Of a stretch of DNA of 64,000 nucleotides, positions 1 through 12,545 are shown in pieces; positions within the stretch are counted from its first letter, which is position 1; the number at the start of each line of letters is the position of its first letter. Location of the stretch: assembly GCA_964016885.1 (NCBI GenBank), contig OZ024743.1:128278001-128342000 (forward strand). The letters run 5' to 3'. Below the pieces are notes generated by a model. The model ran no database searches and was not told the DNA's origin. It saw only the letters and a program-made list of their open reading frames with translations. This DNA comes from Eledone cirrhosa. Its lineage: Eukaryota. The translations under genes and the position numbers were made by a program.

Positions 1-7
1 AACCATT

Positions 8-60
8 ACCAGTCCGAGCTGAAGATCCGCATAAGGTGAAACAATTGTTCTCGGTATGGT
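8..60 (+). ncRNA. Type I minimal hammerhead ribozyme motif (PLE-type)
   Basis: ACCA-gt-CCGAG / CTGAAGA / tCC-gcataa-GGt / GAAAC-AATT-GTT / CTCGG-ta-TGGT. Helix I pairs on both sides of a 2x2 internal loop and loop III is palindromic. Helix II is weak. Confidence 0.65.
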
Positions 61-85
61 GAACTCATTGTTGTGTTACTATTAC

Positions 86-87
<2 letters not shown>

Positions 88-144
<57 letters not shown>

Positions 145-318
145 ATATATATATATATATATACACACACACATACATATATATATACACACATACATCA
201 CATATATATACACATACACATATATATATATATATATATACACATACATACATATATATATATATACACATACATACATATATATATATATATACACATA
301 CATACATATACACATTAT

Positions 319-373
<55 letters not shown>
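88..373. repeat. (CT)n followed by compound (TA)n/(CA)n microsatellite
   Basis: Directly visible; source of the YI/LS low-complexity ORFs. Confidence 0.95.
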
Positions 374-375
<2 letters not shown>

Positions 376-376
<1 letters not shown>

Positions 377-858
377 TAGCTAAACTACCCGTCCTATGGA
401 CGGTTCATGTAGCTTTCGATGTAGCTCATTAAACTAAACAAAGTAAATTTGAATACATAGAAGAAAAACGTACTTTATGTAAACATGAAAACCTTAGGCA
501 CTATTCCAGCGAAATGATATTGTTATTATCTTTGTTTCAAGTAGAAAGAGTAAATTAAAACCCGACTGAAGCTAATTACGAAAGATAACTCTTGATTAGG
601 AAACATAACTATTGTGTTACTTAATCACGAAAATCCACACAAATAACCCAAACTTTTTTAATGTCTCCAAAGGACCCAATATCGAATTTTGAAAGCCTTT
701 GAAGATCATGTACAGGTGTTGTGCAAGGAGAAGCTCTGTAAAAAATTTCAAAGAAATCGCATGAATGGTGTAGAATATATGAGCCCTCATTAAAAAAGCT
801 TGACACACATATCCACATACACACATATACACAGAAATTTTCAGATTTATATATATAC

Positions 859-861
<3 letters not shown>
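376..861 (-). mobile_element. Non-autonomous Helitron
   Basis: Minus strand starts TCTGTATATATATAAA followed by a (TG)-rich stretch. It ends with a CCGTCC-ata-GGACGG hairpin (389-403) about 10 nt before CTAG|T. Confidence 0.7.
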
Positions 862-937
<76 letters not shown>

Positions 938-989
938 TTTGGCATTAGTTAGAGTGTAGACAAAATGCATTGTGGTTTTAGTTCTGGTT

Positions 990-2210
990 TGCTACACTCT
1001 GATTTCAAATCTCACTATGGTTAACTTTGCTTTCATCCTTTTCAGATTGATTAAATATAGTACATATCCAGTGTAATGACTTGGTGGAATTGTTAGATCA
1101 TTAGACAAGATCACGTATGATATTTGTTCTGGCTCTTTTTTCCATTCTAAGTTTGAATCCCATTTTGGTCTACTCAAGTTATAAACTTAATCTGCTGGTG
1201 GAGATTTGAGGAGACTGGTTGGTAGTATGTGTCTGTAAGAGTCATAACAGCTGATTTGTTTTTTACCATTTAATCTGGGAGGAAAGTGCACTGATCATGA
1301 TCCCTTATATTTTCCAGGTCTTACATAACTATAGAAAAAATGGGAAGAAGGTAGCCTCAAACTGGAGACCTGATCTGAATGCTTGCAACAGGCATAAAGA
1401 CTAGAGACCTAATCTGAACTCTGCAAAAGGCATCGAAGGACATGGTGGTGGTGTTTAACAGCATGACAGATTGTCTACCACTCAAAGTGAAAAGGGTATG
1501 TTAGATTATAATTAGAAGTTACATTTTATGTTTTAATATAGGAACTGAACTCTGAGTGGAAAGAGCCAGAATAAATATGGCATGGCATCCTATTTGATGC
1601 TCTAACAATTCCACTAATCCACTGTGCCATTTGGGACATTATTCATCAATTGTAGAAGGATAAAAAGCATTTCATTAGATGCTCAAACAAATCTTCTAAT
1701 CTATCACTGCAGTCTGGTACATTATTTTTGTTTTACTCCAGAAGGATGAAAGGCAATGTTTGACTTTGGCAGGAACTGAATGCAAGATGATATAGCATAA
1801 GGCATCTTGTCTGATGTTCCAACAATTCTACCAATCTACCTTGGACAGGTAAATTATTTATCAACCCTGGATATATAAAAAATAAAATTGACCTGGATGG
1901 GATTTGAATTCCAAACGACAAGAACCAGAACAAATACCTCAAGGCATCTTAACTGATACTCTAACAATTCTGCTAATCCATCATCCAAGACTGGTACTTT
2001 AGTTTCTCAACACCAGAAAAATAAAAATTAAAGTTGATCTTGGCAGGATTTGAACTCAGAATGCAAAGAGTTAATAAACTGGAAAGCATCTCATCTCATT
2101 ATCTAACAATTCTGCCAATCCCTCTTGATTTGAACTCAGAACATCATGAACTGGAATTAATACAGCAAGACTTTTCCTCTGATGATCTAACAATTGTCCC
2201 AATTTGCTAC
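990..2210 (-). mobile_element. Cluster of decayed tRNA-derived SINE (family A) heads and bodies
   Basis: Repeated 'ggatgaaaggcaa..gattgaactc..tctaacaattctgccaatcc' segments homologous to the intact copies at 7299 and 59102; mixed orientation near 990-1180. Confidence 0.6.
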
Positions 2211-2684
2211 TTTAGAAGTGGGTGGGAGACATGCTATAACCATATAAAAGCAATGCCTGGCCTGGGTTGGGATGTCTAAACATGATCTAAAAGCACGGAA
2301 AAACATTTAAGAAAAAAAATCCTACAAATGTCTCTTTAATTTAATGAAATGTTGAGGTCAGTTAGCTGGTTTAGCTCACATTTGAGGTCACTATAGATGC
2401 CACTTGCTATCCTGTGGGGTGCAGCAACAGCACATGGCTTCTTCAATTTCTGTGTGTTGGTATCAGAAAGCAAGGATAAGGGAAGAATTTCAGGGATGGG
2501 TATCAAAAGAAAATACAGACACTTAAAGGCACTATCACTGACATACACACTCCTTGCTGTCTTATCAGTGAAACAGGAAGATTAGAAATAATAACTATAT
2601 GAATGAATAAATAAATAAATAAATAAATAGATGAAAAAAGTTTGTGTAAACACGGAATTGCAATGGGAAGTGGAATCGAGCATT

Positions 2685-3070
2685 AACCCTGACGTTACTA
2701 TATTTCCAATAAAAGTCACTGCCTATAATTTTCAAATAATTTAAAAAATAATAAAATATTAATATTATTAAGCTGGTGTTTGGAACATAACTTAACAAAG
2801 GTTCTTAGATAAAATTATGATGGAAATCTTTTAGTTAAATATAAACACTTTAACCTTTATATTACCATATTTCTAATGTCCATGATTTTTCAAATAATTT
2901 TCAAAATGATAACAAATTTAGAGGATTTAGTAGTATAACAATTTTTTTCATTATTATGTAGGTATTTGGAAAATAAAGGTTTTTACATAAAATTATGATA
3001 GGAGTTTTTTAAATAAATAAAAAAAACTTTCAAATAAACAGTATTGTCTTTATAGAACCAAGGGCAGTTT
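2685..3070. mobile_element. Abundant AT-rich MITE, probably piggyBac-like (also at ~24530-24760, 34790-35035, 37108-37300, 41375-41860, 47555-47795)
   Basis: Shared core 'ttattaagctggtgtttggaacataacttaacaaag..taaaattatgatggaa' and ends of the form ttaaccc.../...aaatggttaa. Confidence 0.5.
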
Positions 3071-4439
3071 CATGTTATTTAGTATTAAAACATTTAAGGA
3101 TGATTGCAGAAATCATGGTTCTCTCTACCCACCATTTTACAAATCACCTTGCAGTCTTGTTTTTTTTTTTCGTGTTCACCTTGAGGGAAAAGCTAACATC
3201 CTTCAAGCCAAGTATAGAACTTCTACGTGGTTGCTTGGCTTGTTAGAAATAGCAGCCAAATTACATCGTATTACACCCTGTATGACTAGCAAATGAAAGA
3301 CACACTGGACAACATTGCACTAGATACAAAAAAAATCACAGGATGGCCATGGCTGAGATATTAGAATGATTGTTCCATCTTTCTACCCTTTGAGTTCAAG
3401 TCCCACTGAGGCCAACTTTGGAGTACATTGGCAGAATTGTAAGAGCATTAGACAAGCTGCTTTGTAGAATATATTCTCAATACTTTGTGCTCTCAGTTCA
3501 AATTCCACCATGGTCAACTTTGCCTTGCATCCTTTCGCCATCAATAAAATAAGATACTAGTCCAGCATGGTGGATTCAAGTAATTGATAGAGCATCAGAC
3601 AAGATGCTTTCAGGTATTTGTTCCAGATTTTTGCATTCTGAGTTCAAATTCTGCTATGGCCTACTTGGACACAAAATTTAATCTACCACCAAGTTTAACA
3701 TCATTATCTAGCCCGCAGGCATATTAACAGCAGAGACCATTCGGTTTCAAGCACTGAGACCAGATTTTTGACATGAAGATAACTTTTCTTCTTTGCATCA
3801 GAAAAGGGTTATGGATACTGCATTTACTTACTAAACAGTAAAAAAAAATATATATATATTTTTTAATTTCAAGTTCACTTTTAGAGGAAATGTAGCATCC
3901 TTTGAGTCAAGAATGAAGCTTCTACATGGTCACTTGACTTGTGAAAAATAACCAAATTACATCGAATCACATCCTGCATGATTAAGAAATGATGACATGT
4001 GTTTCTAGAACAGTAGATTTCACAAAATCATTTTAGTTTTCCATAAAATAAGGTCACTTTTAGTAAAGTTTAATTAAAAAAAAAATACATGATGTTATTT
4101 CTATATGAATAAATTCTTTCTCTTAAATAATTTTTGTTTCATTCTAATGCCTTATTAAAATTAGAGGTGGGGATTGTTTGTAAAAAATACAATGCTTAAT
4201 ATTGACTGTTGTGAAAATGAGTACTCAGTACCATAGCTGAGATTTATTGATTTTTTTTTAAGGTTAAGGCAAAGAGGAGTCCTGTTGATTTGATGTTTCA
4301 CCTCCGTATTTGAAGGGTCACAAGCAAAACTCCAGATTAGCAGCACTCTGACCAGGATATAATAATGAAGAAAGAAAGGGGACATAAAATGATGATGATG
4401 ATATAAAAAACAAACTGGCTCTGTCAATGTTTTGTATCA

Positions 4440-5312
4440 TTGTATATTCATTTTCAAACTGGTCAACCTTAAATTTCAGGATATGACAGATACATCTGAT
4501 AAGACAACAAAATACCAATGGGAGCTCCAACACTAGATTTTCTGTATGAAACATTATAAGTGTGGCTCATACATGCAGTTACTGAAGCAATTTCATGGAT
4601 TTTTTTTGTGGACCTCTGATGAAGCCCTCTTTTACTTAGAAGGGAAGATCAACACTGAAGTGGCTATGAAACTGCTCCACTCAGCTAAATGTACCGTCTG
4701 GTCTGCCATTTCAGAGAGAGGGTTGATTGGCCCATTCTTCTTTGAGAAAAATGGTGTCACTGCTACAGTCACAAAGGAACGGTATGGGGAAGTCCTGGAA
4801 GTCTTCAAAAAGGAGCTACAGATCATATACCCATCTCTAATGAATATGTTTTGGTTCCAGCAACATGAGTTGTGGGAATGGTTGGAAAGTAACTTTGTGT
4901 GATCAGTTTGAACACTGATTTTGAGGGGGCCCCACACAACATTGGTTCAAGTCCCCCCACCCCACCCAATTTCTTTCTTTGAGGCTATCTGAAGGATATG
5001 GTGTATGTCAACAAACCCAGGACAATCACTGAATTAAAGGAAAACATCAGGGAGGTAATCAGAGCCATCACTAGGTCTGTATGTAAGACGTTATGCTAAA
5101 CTTCATTGTGCACCTCAAACAATGCATGGATTCAAATGGGGATAACTTGGAACATGTGCTGTAACTCTGAACAGAAACATCAGAAGATAATGAATGTTTG
5201 ATATGTTGCTTCTAATTGTATGAACTAAATATATTCGGTGTTTCATCTGATTTTGCCAATAAAGGAATGATGTAGACAAAAATAAGAATGGGACCATTTT
5301 ATTAGTCCCCTG
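4440..5312 (+). mobile_element. Decayed Tc1/mariner transposon, rosa/DD41D-like, internally deleted
   Basis: ORF 4546-4902 contains WTSDEALFYLEG..LHSAKCTVWSAIS..GLIGPFFFE..WFQQ. Downstream frames give FFL.GYLKDMVYVNKPRTITELKENI. The right end '...attagtcccctg' is followed by TA; no left TIR was seen. Confidence 0.75.
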
Positions 5313-5875
5313 TATATTTATACACACAGACACACACCACACAAAAGTAAATATGATTTATAATATCAGTATACATACCATACAAAGCTGTGAGTTCTAC
5401 ATGTTTCAAGAACCCAGTCATAACAGACTGCAGAAGGATCACAGAAATACATAGATATCCTCTTGGAGAATGGTAACATACAATAGTTCTTTGGAGTTAT
5501 ATGGTAAAAAACAAAGGAAGGGTACACTGGGGAGTAGGTTTAGTTCCAAACAAGAAGATCCTCAGTTCAAATATAATACCAGTATGATGTGTCTGTAAAA
5601 AGTCAAAAGGAAAAATGAAGTTATTATTTATCCATTATAAAGATTTTGATTTGTTTGAATATTTTTAACATTAAAAGCTGCATTTATCTTTCATTCTCCT
5701 TTTCTCTCTCTTAATTTATGTCATGCATAGATATTTTGTAGGTGTGGAGAATGTTTCACAACCATGAAATTTTGGGCTTGGTACCACTGCATGGTACTTT
5801 AGGAAAGTATTTTCTACTACAGCCTTAGATTGACCAATGCCTCGTGAGTAGCATGCAGTGAGATCCAGTAGCTGA

Positions 5876-6430
5876 TTACTTGATATAGACATCCAGCAAC
5901 TCCAACCACATCCAGATAAAGAAATCAACAGTGGCTGGTTGCTTGATCTTGACACCATCCCTGCCCCCAATATCAACACTGCCCCTAACACTAACCACAC
6001 TGAAAGAGAAATCAACAGCAGCTGGTTACTTGATCTAGGACCACCTCCGACCCACAACACTAACCACTCCCTGACAGAAAAATCAGCACCGCCCAGATAT
6101 AACAAGATCAGAGAAATGTCTTTACAAGAACCCAATATGACAGACTGGTTACTTGATCTAATACCACCTCCGACCCACAACACCATCTACACCCTGACAG
6201 AAAAATCAGCACCGCCCAGATATAACAAGATCAGAGAAATGTCATTACAAGAACCCAATATGACAGACTGGTTACTTGATCTAATACCACCTCCGACCCA
6301 CAACACCATCTACACCCTGACAGAAAAATCAACACCGCCCAGATATAACAAGATCGCACAAATGTCTTTACAAGAACTCAATATGACAAATGTTTTAGGG
6401 AATGACAAGATCCCATGGAAAGCTGAATAA
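5876..6430 (+). other. In-frame tandem repeat ORF: three 123-bp/41-aa units plus shorter WLLD units; coding status unknown
   Basis: WLLD codons at 5936, 6023, 6146 and 6269, and a TGA-LLD at 5873. Spacings are 63, 87, 123 and 123 nt, all multiples of 3. Each long unit has PPRY. Confidence 0.45.
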
Positions 6431-6530
6431 ACAAAGTCAGAAATAACAATGGCTGATCCAGCAGATTGTTACAGAAACAGGGGGAAACTACAGTAATAGT
6501 ACCTAACCCTGTTCTGTTCCTCCTTTTTGT

Positions 6531-6575
6531 GAAGAAGAAGAAGAAGAAGAAGAAGAAGAAGAAGAAGAAGAAGAA
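6531..6575. repeat. (GAA)n microsatellite
   Basis: Directly visible. Confidence 0.95.
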
Positions 6576-6728
6576 ACAATAGCAACAACAACAACAAAAA
6601 AAACCATCTTATGTAAATAGTTGGATCTAAGTAATTCTTCCTTCAAAAATCTCTTCTGCTTGACAAACATCATTGAAGGAGGATTTTATTTTCATGTTGG
6701 CCTGACACAACTATATGTTTTACTTTAA

Positions 6729-6949
6729 CTCTTTAGTATTTAAACTGGCTGTAACCAGCAAGAATTCTCTCACCTGTTTCTGTTTAAACTGGCCGTAACT
6801 GGCCACTCATACAGACGTTATGGTATTTTTCTCAAAAAAGATAACATAAAAATCTCATAGATTTGATATTATGTGAGATAATTATGTAAGATAAAGCATT
6901 GACCACAAAGATACAATAGTATATATAGAATAATGTAAATGCTAAAGAG
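6729..6949. mobile_element. piggyBac-like MITE
   Basis: TTAA|ctctttagtatttaaa ... gtaaatgctaaagag|TTAA; related inverted copy at 43448-43668. Confidence 0.7.
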
Positions 6950-7298
6950 TTAACAGACAGACAAATCAGGAAATGTATTGTATTGTTGTACAGAAGTATA
7001 GAAGGATGAAAGTTTTTTGTTTTAAATAGGATTAAAATAATAAACAAGAAAAGAGATGAAAAGAGGTGAAGAAAAAAAATTAAATATTGTAAAAGGAGTA
7101 AATGGTAAGGAAGGGGCAAACTTTACATCCTTGGCTGGACAGTATATCTTGCCTGTGCCTCATGGTCAGAATGGCAAAACAGAAACATTGCTGCAGAGGA
7201 CAGCCAATGACACCTGTTGCATCAGCCATTCAACATCACGGGGCTCCTTCCTCAGGTGCGATGCACCCTTCCTGATATATATATATATATATATATAA

Positions 7299-7487
7299 TT
7301 GTTTCTACTTTTGGCACAAGGCCAGCAATTATCCCAGTGCATTACTGGTGCTTTATTTTATCGACCCCGTAAGGATGAAAGGCAAAGTTAACTTTGGCGG
7401 GATTTGAACTCAGACCATAAAGGGCCGTAATTCCATGCTGCAAAGCATGGTGCCCGACCCTCTACTGATACCGCCAATCCACTGCCT
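7299..7487 (-). mobile_element. tRNA-derived SINE family A
   Basis: Minus strand has a GGCAGTGGATTGGCGGTATCAGTAG head, B-box GAGTTCAAATCC, central GTTAACTTTGCCTTTCATCCT..GGGGTCGATAAAATAAAG and a tail ending GTAGAAACAA. At least 7 copies are in the window. Confidence 0.85.
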
Positions 7488-7496
7488 TTTTAATAT

Positions 7497-7521
7497 GGTA
7501 GTGTGACCGAGTGGTCTAAGG
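7497..7521 (+). pseudogene. 5' fragment of a tRNA-Leu-like sequence
   Basis: GGTAGTGTGACCGAGTGGTCTAAGG resembles the tRNA-Leu 5' end (GGTAGCGTGGCCGAGCGGTCTAAGG); it is truncated into a TA tract. Confidence 0.45.
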
Positions 7522-9016
7522 TCTATATATATATATATATTTTTTTTTTAAGGAAACAGCAATTTGGGATTTAAAGACACTGTAGACCTTGATGATGGGC
7601 AACACAAAAATAAGTGTTTCCACTCCTCTGCATTACAAGCAGTGGTGCCCAGATTTGTTGCAATATGTAACATCCCAGATTAGTTATTAACACCCCTTAA
7701 ACAGGAAAAGGGTTATCCTCTCTGAATGCTTAGCCTCACCGGAGTTGGGGCCTGCAGGCTCTAGGTTTATTTTAACTAAATCAGCTGTTTTTTGGGGGCT
7801 AACTCTTTCTTTCATCTCACTGCTCCCACCTAACACACATTCACACACAGTCACAGAAAGATACACACATAAAGACACACACACACACACACACACAGAA
7901 AGACACAAACACACAGATAGAGAGAGAGAAAAACCCATATCTTTTCTGGAGAAATAGGCCTTCTTTGTTTTCTGTTCTTCACAATAAATATAAAAGGTGA
8001 CCCCTACTGTGTTAACTGCCTCTAGTAAAGTTGTTAACAATATGGCAGAGGGATAAGGTGGAAGTAGGGAGTATTTAGTATATAACACCACTAAAGTTGT
8101 TATAGTAAAGACATTTTAGTCCACAATCATGGATGTCTTAATCTTTTAATTCTACAACTCTGCTAACATATTCATACTTTTTCTCTTCCTCTGCCTTACT
8201 CTCAGTCTTGCTCTTTCCCTAGATAGGCTCTGACCTGGATGAGGATGAGTTCTGCCAGTATATTATTGTAACATCCTTATGATTCAATCAGGGGTTATGG
8301 GTCCACGGCATGGATTAGCTGTTTAGATACCACATTTGCAGAACAGAAAATAAAGTAAGTTTGGACATCTTTAGTCACTGTTGGGTAGGAGTTGAGGGGA
8401 AGGGATTCGTTATTGCCAAGGAAATTATCCTCACCAGAAGTTTGGTAATTTTCATATCAACAATTAGTGGAGACATCTGACACCACCAATAATGATAGAC
8501 TTCCAGAATCACCAAAACACACACACACATACTCAGTAGAACTAAAATGTACATACTAATACAGACACTCATACATGCATACATTAGTAACATTAAACTA
8601 AAACACTTATACACACATCCACAAACACACACGTTAACTTATAATACATACACAGAATGCATACATGTATATACATATCTACATACAAACATTTCCATAT
8701 AAGACCAAGGACAAGCACACAGACACATACATACATACGTAATTACCAGAGAGACCAGTTTAAAGTAGTGACAAGCTAGAACATTCTAAAAACATTTATG
8801 GAAGGACTGGAGTGAAGTGTGACACTCAAATGAGAGCCTTGATATTCACCATTAAACACACACACAAATATATATATATATACACCATGCATGTACACAT
8901 ATATACATAATTACACACTGACCATACTAAGTACCTTTTACAAATGACAAGTCAACCATTGTCATTTGCCTTGATATCTGCCAGACTTTAGCTATTGCCA
9001 GTGATCAAAACAGCCT

Positions 9017-9017
9017 T

Positions 9018-9098
<81 letters not shown>

Positions 9099-9155
9099 TA
9101 TACATATATATATATATACATATATATACATATATATATATATACATACATATAC

Positions 9156-9190
<35 letters not shown>

Positions 9191-9221
9191 CATACATATA
9201 TATATATATACATACATATAC

Positions 9222-9268
<47 letters not shown>

Positions 9269-9285
9269 CATATACATATATATAC

Positions 9286-9330
<45 letters not shown>

Positions 9331-9520
9331 TATATATGTATATATATATATATATATATATACACAAGCCGAAACCGCTTGACACTGCAGTTGGGATTTT
9401 ACATATCTCTATTTACATATACATACATATATGTATATACACCCACACATATATAAGGGTATATACATATATACACATACAAATACATGTATATATATAT
9501 ATATACATACACATATATTA
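9017..9520. repeat. Compound (TA)n/(TACA)n microsatellite
   Basis: Directly visible. Confidence 0.95.
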
Positions 9521-9899
9521 TCTAGGAAAAAAGTCAGTACCCCAACGGTTGAGCTCCTGCCATTTCGACATGCACGATCTATATCTGAAAGGGTAGCTAA
9601 ACAATGAAATGTGAAAGAAATAGAAAATAGATGGCATGGAACAGATGAGAGAGAGAGTGAGGAGTGAAGAGAGAGAGAGAGTGAGGAGTGGAGAGAAAGA
9701 GAGGGAGGAAGAGAGGGTTAGACAATGTAAATAGGCAAGTTTGTTTATATATGTATCATATGTTCTAATGTATATGTTTAGTATTTATTTACAAAATATA
9801 TGTTTTCTATTAAAAATAAATATTTCCTCTATTTACTGTCATAGCTGTCCCTTTTATGTTTAAAATCCTTTTGATACTTAACTACCCCATTTATTCTTG

Positions 9900-10270
9900 A
9901 GAGGGTCATGGGGGCAGAGTCTGCAAACATTCCTTCCAGCAGGTCATGTCAGAAGCCACCATCTCCAACTGATCCAGCTGGATCCCCAAGCATGACCAGC
10001 CAAGCTCATGGATGTTATCCAACCATCTTGCTCGGGGTCTACCTCTGGGTCTCTTGCCAGTTGCTTTTGCCCATATAATCTGTTCAGTGTGTGTATGTAT
10101 AAATAAAACTATCCAGCGATTCTTTCCTGAGACATTCTAACCACATGCCCATAGTATCATAGCTGTGATCTCTCAATTCAGAGAAGTAGCTGCTCTATCT
10201 GGACTGACTCTCTGATCTACGAGTTATGCACTTGTATTCCATCATAATTTTATTTAAGAAATTTTTGTTA
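9900..10270 (-). mobile_element. Old RTE-like LINE 3' fragment
   Basis: Minus-strand remnants QL*YYGHV and KRPRGRP..RWLDNI typical of the RTE ORF C-terminus. Confidence 0.6.
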
Positions 10271-10745
10271 AAGTTGTAGTGCTGGTGCTCCCAAAAAATG
10301 CATCCTGTACACTCTGTAAAGTAGTAGTATTGGTGCTGTATCCGCAACAAATCCAGCAATTTATTCCAAAATCTACTGTCCATTTTGCATTGTTATTGCT
10401 TTCAAATAATATACTGCTCTATATACTAACACAATGCTCCAAGCAAACTACAACACCCTCATATGTGCGTGTGTATGAATATATATACATAGAGAGAAAG
10501 AAAGAGAGATTAAGTAGGATCAAAGTCAGTGTTGCAGCATATGTACAAACTTTATAGGCACATTACAATATCGAAACAATTGTAATACGTTAATAAAGTT
10601 TGTACATATGTTATGACACTGACTTTGATTCTATTTACACTCAGCATATTACAGCTGCCTTAATTCAACCCACATGAGATGGATATCGTAACAGCATTGA
10701 GTGCTTTGAATGGTGCATCGCCTGTAAATGTAGTTACACACCTAA

Positions 10746-10789
<44 letters not shown>

Positions 10790-10795
<6 letters not shown>

Positions 10796-11070
10796 TACTT
10801 GGGGAGGGTCATATTGTTGTAATAATATTGCCAGAAATAATAACAGAACTCACTCAATGTTTGGTTGGTTTTCACTTCTGTATCTTTTATATTTCAACAG
10901 TTATTTCATTCGGTCCTCAATGTTTACCATTGACTGACCAATGGTCAAAAATACACATATATATATAGTCTAACAAAGTTCTTTCTTTGCACATCTGCAA
11001 CAACATCGTCAGTGGTACTATTATGTTCCTCCTGTTGTATTGTATATCTACGCCATCTTTATTATATATA
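10790..11070 (-). mobile_element. PLE terminal remnant related to the 11072-11870 element
   Basis: Shares the 'ttatact(t)ggg(g)agggtcat' end, 'aagatggcgtag' and a homologous HHR. Confidence 0.55.
10972..11016 (-). ncRNA. Hammerhead ribozyme motif (decayed)
   Basis: Minus strand: acca CTGACGA tgttg TTGCA-gatg-TGCAA a GAAAG-aa-CTT tgtt; same 3' core as the 11683 motif. Confidence 0.45.
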
Positions 11071-11071
11071 T

Positions 11072-11870
11072 ATATTGTTATACTGGGGGGGGGGGGGCGC
11101 ATGTTGCCAATAAGAAACACACGCACCAGTTGCTTTCACTCAAATTTATTATAAATGTTCATTTAACCGTTAAGTGTTCATTTAACCGTTCACCTATACT
11201 ACACTATAAAGATAAGAATATAGTGTACATAGCTGAGACAGCTCGTAGTATAGGTGAACAGTTAAATGAACACTGGCGAGAGCTTCAAGATAGAAAAGAA
11301 TCTTCAATACTCCACCAACATGCTAAAATAGAACATAAGGGCAAATTAGAGAACATAGAAATAAAAATAAAACCTACACACAGAAAAGACGCAATGTTTA
11401 GACAAATCACAGAGGCAATAAACATAAATGAACTCCAACCGAAATTAAATAGAAAACATGAATGGAATAGCAACACCACAACTTACAATTAAGGACAAAA
11501 TGAAAACACACACACATAGAACAAACAACCAACCAGTAACATGTAAATAAACAAATAAATAAACAAATAAAAACACAGACACCCAGATGTAACACATGCG
11601 CAAACTAAACACACAACACACACAAAAACAAGATGGCGTAGGACAGAACAAAGGAGAGGCACAAAACAAAGAAAAGAATCCCGTCACTGAAGAGGTCACA
11701 GAATATGTGACGAAAGAACTTTGACAATATATGAACAACCAACCGGAAATTTATTTTAAAAAAAAATTTTTTTGAAAAGATTTAAAAAATTTATAATAAA
11801 TTGGAGTGAAAGCAACTGGTGCGTGTGTTTCTTATTGGCAACATGACCCTCCCAAAGTATAACAATATCG
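11072..11870 (+). mobile_element. 5'-truncated Penelope-like element: GIY-YIG C-terminus plus pLTR, preceded by an inverted pLTR copy
   Basis: VYIAETARSIGEQLNEH..SILHQH..EH..RQITEA..I..LN..HEWN in ORF 11040-11492. 11072-11155 is the reverse complement of ~11787-11867. Confidence 0.85.
11683..11725 (+). ncRNA. Type I hammerhead ribozyme in PLE pLTR
   Basis: GTCA CTGAAGA g GTCACA-gaata-TGTGAC GAAAG-aa-CTT TGAC. Confidence 0.7.
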
Positions 11871-12160
11871 GTTTCAACACACATTTTTAGATAAAGAATC
11901 TTGCTAAACAAATTCAGAAACGAAATATATATATATATTATAAAGAAGAGAGATGGTTTTAAATGTACATCCTCTATTTATTATATAATACACAGAGGAT
12001 GTACATTTAAATCTGTCTTTATAATATAGAAACTCCAGTTGATACCTCATCGATAACATTCTAAGGAATACAAATCTTAGAGTGCTTTACGTCTGTTTAC
12101 AACAAAAGCCAGTGTATTATCTGATCAATTTCTTAAATTAAATAATATATATATATATAT

Positions 12161-12161
<1 letters not shown>

Positions 12162-12206
<45 letters not shown>

Positions 12207-12545
12207 GGTTTAGCGTCCGTGTTCCACGCTTGCATGGGTTTGGACGGGGGTTTTCCCACTTGAGGCAAGAGTGGTTGTCTTGCTCGCATAGGACTGTCTG
12301 GCGGGTTTTCTACAGTTGGATGCCCTTCCTAACACCAACCACATTTACAGTGTGGGGCTGGGAGGTTTTTACCGTGTTGCCTACACGGCCACATTACAGC
12401 GTGGACTGTCTGGCGGGTTTTCTACAGCTGGATGCCCTTCCTAACACCAACCACATTTACAGTGTGGGGCTGGGAGGTTTTTACCGTCTTGCCTACACGG
12501 CCACATTTACAGCGTGGACTGTGTGTTTTTTTTGTCGTGACACCT
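12162..12545 (-). mobile_element. RTE-family 3' UTR fragment with (GAT)n tail and internal duplication
   Basis: Homologous to 51107-51350 and 63860-64000; the ~120-bp 'ggatgcccttcctaacaccaacc' unit occurs twice. Confidence 0.8.

Noticed and set aside
6-432. ORFs such as [20 protein letters not shown] and the YI/LS-rich ORFs
   Set aside because: They arise from microsatellites. The unique part is better explained as the antisense of a hammerhead motif.
8988-9596. Long Tyr/Ile ORFs (also 20578-21160, 42742-43170, 53968-55475)
   Set aside because: Translations of (TA)n, (CA)n and (GTA)n repeats that lack stop codons; not genes.
10575-10605. GAAAC-AATT-GTA hammerhead 3' half
   Set aside because: No CUGANGA upstream; at most a truncated remnant, so it was not counted.
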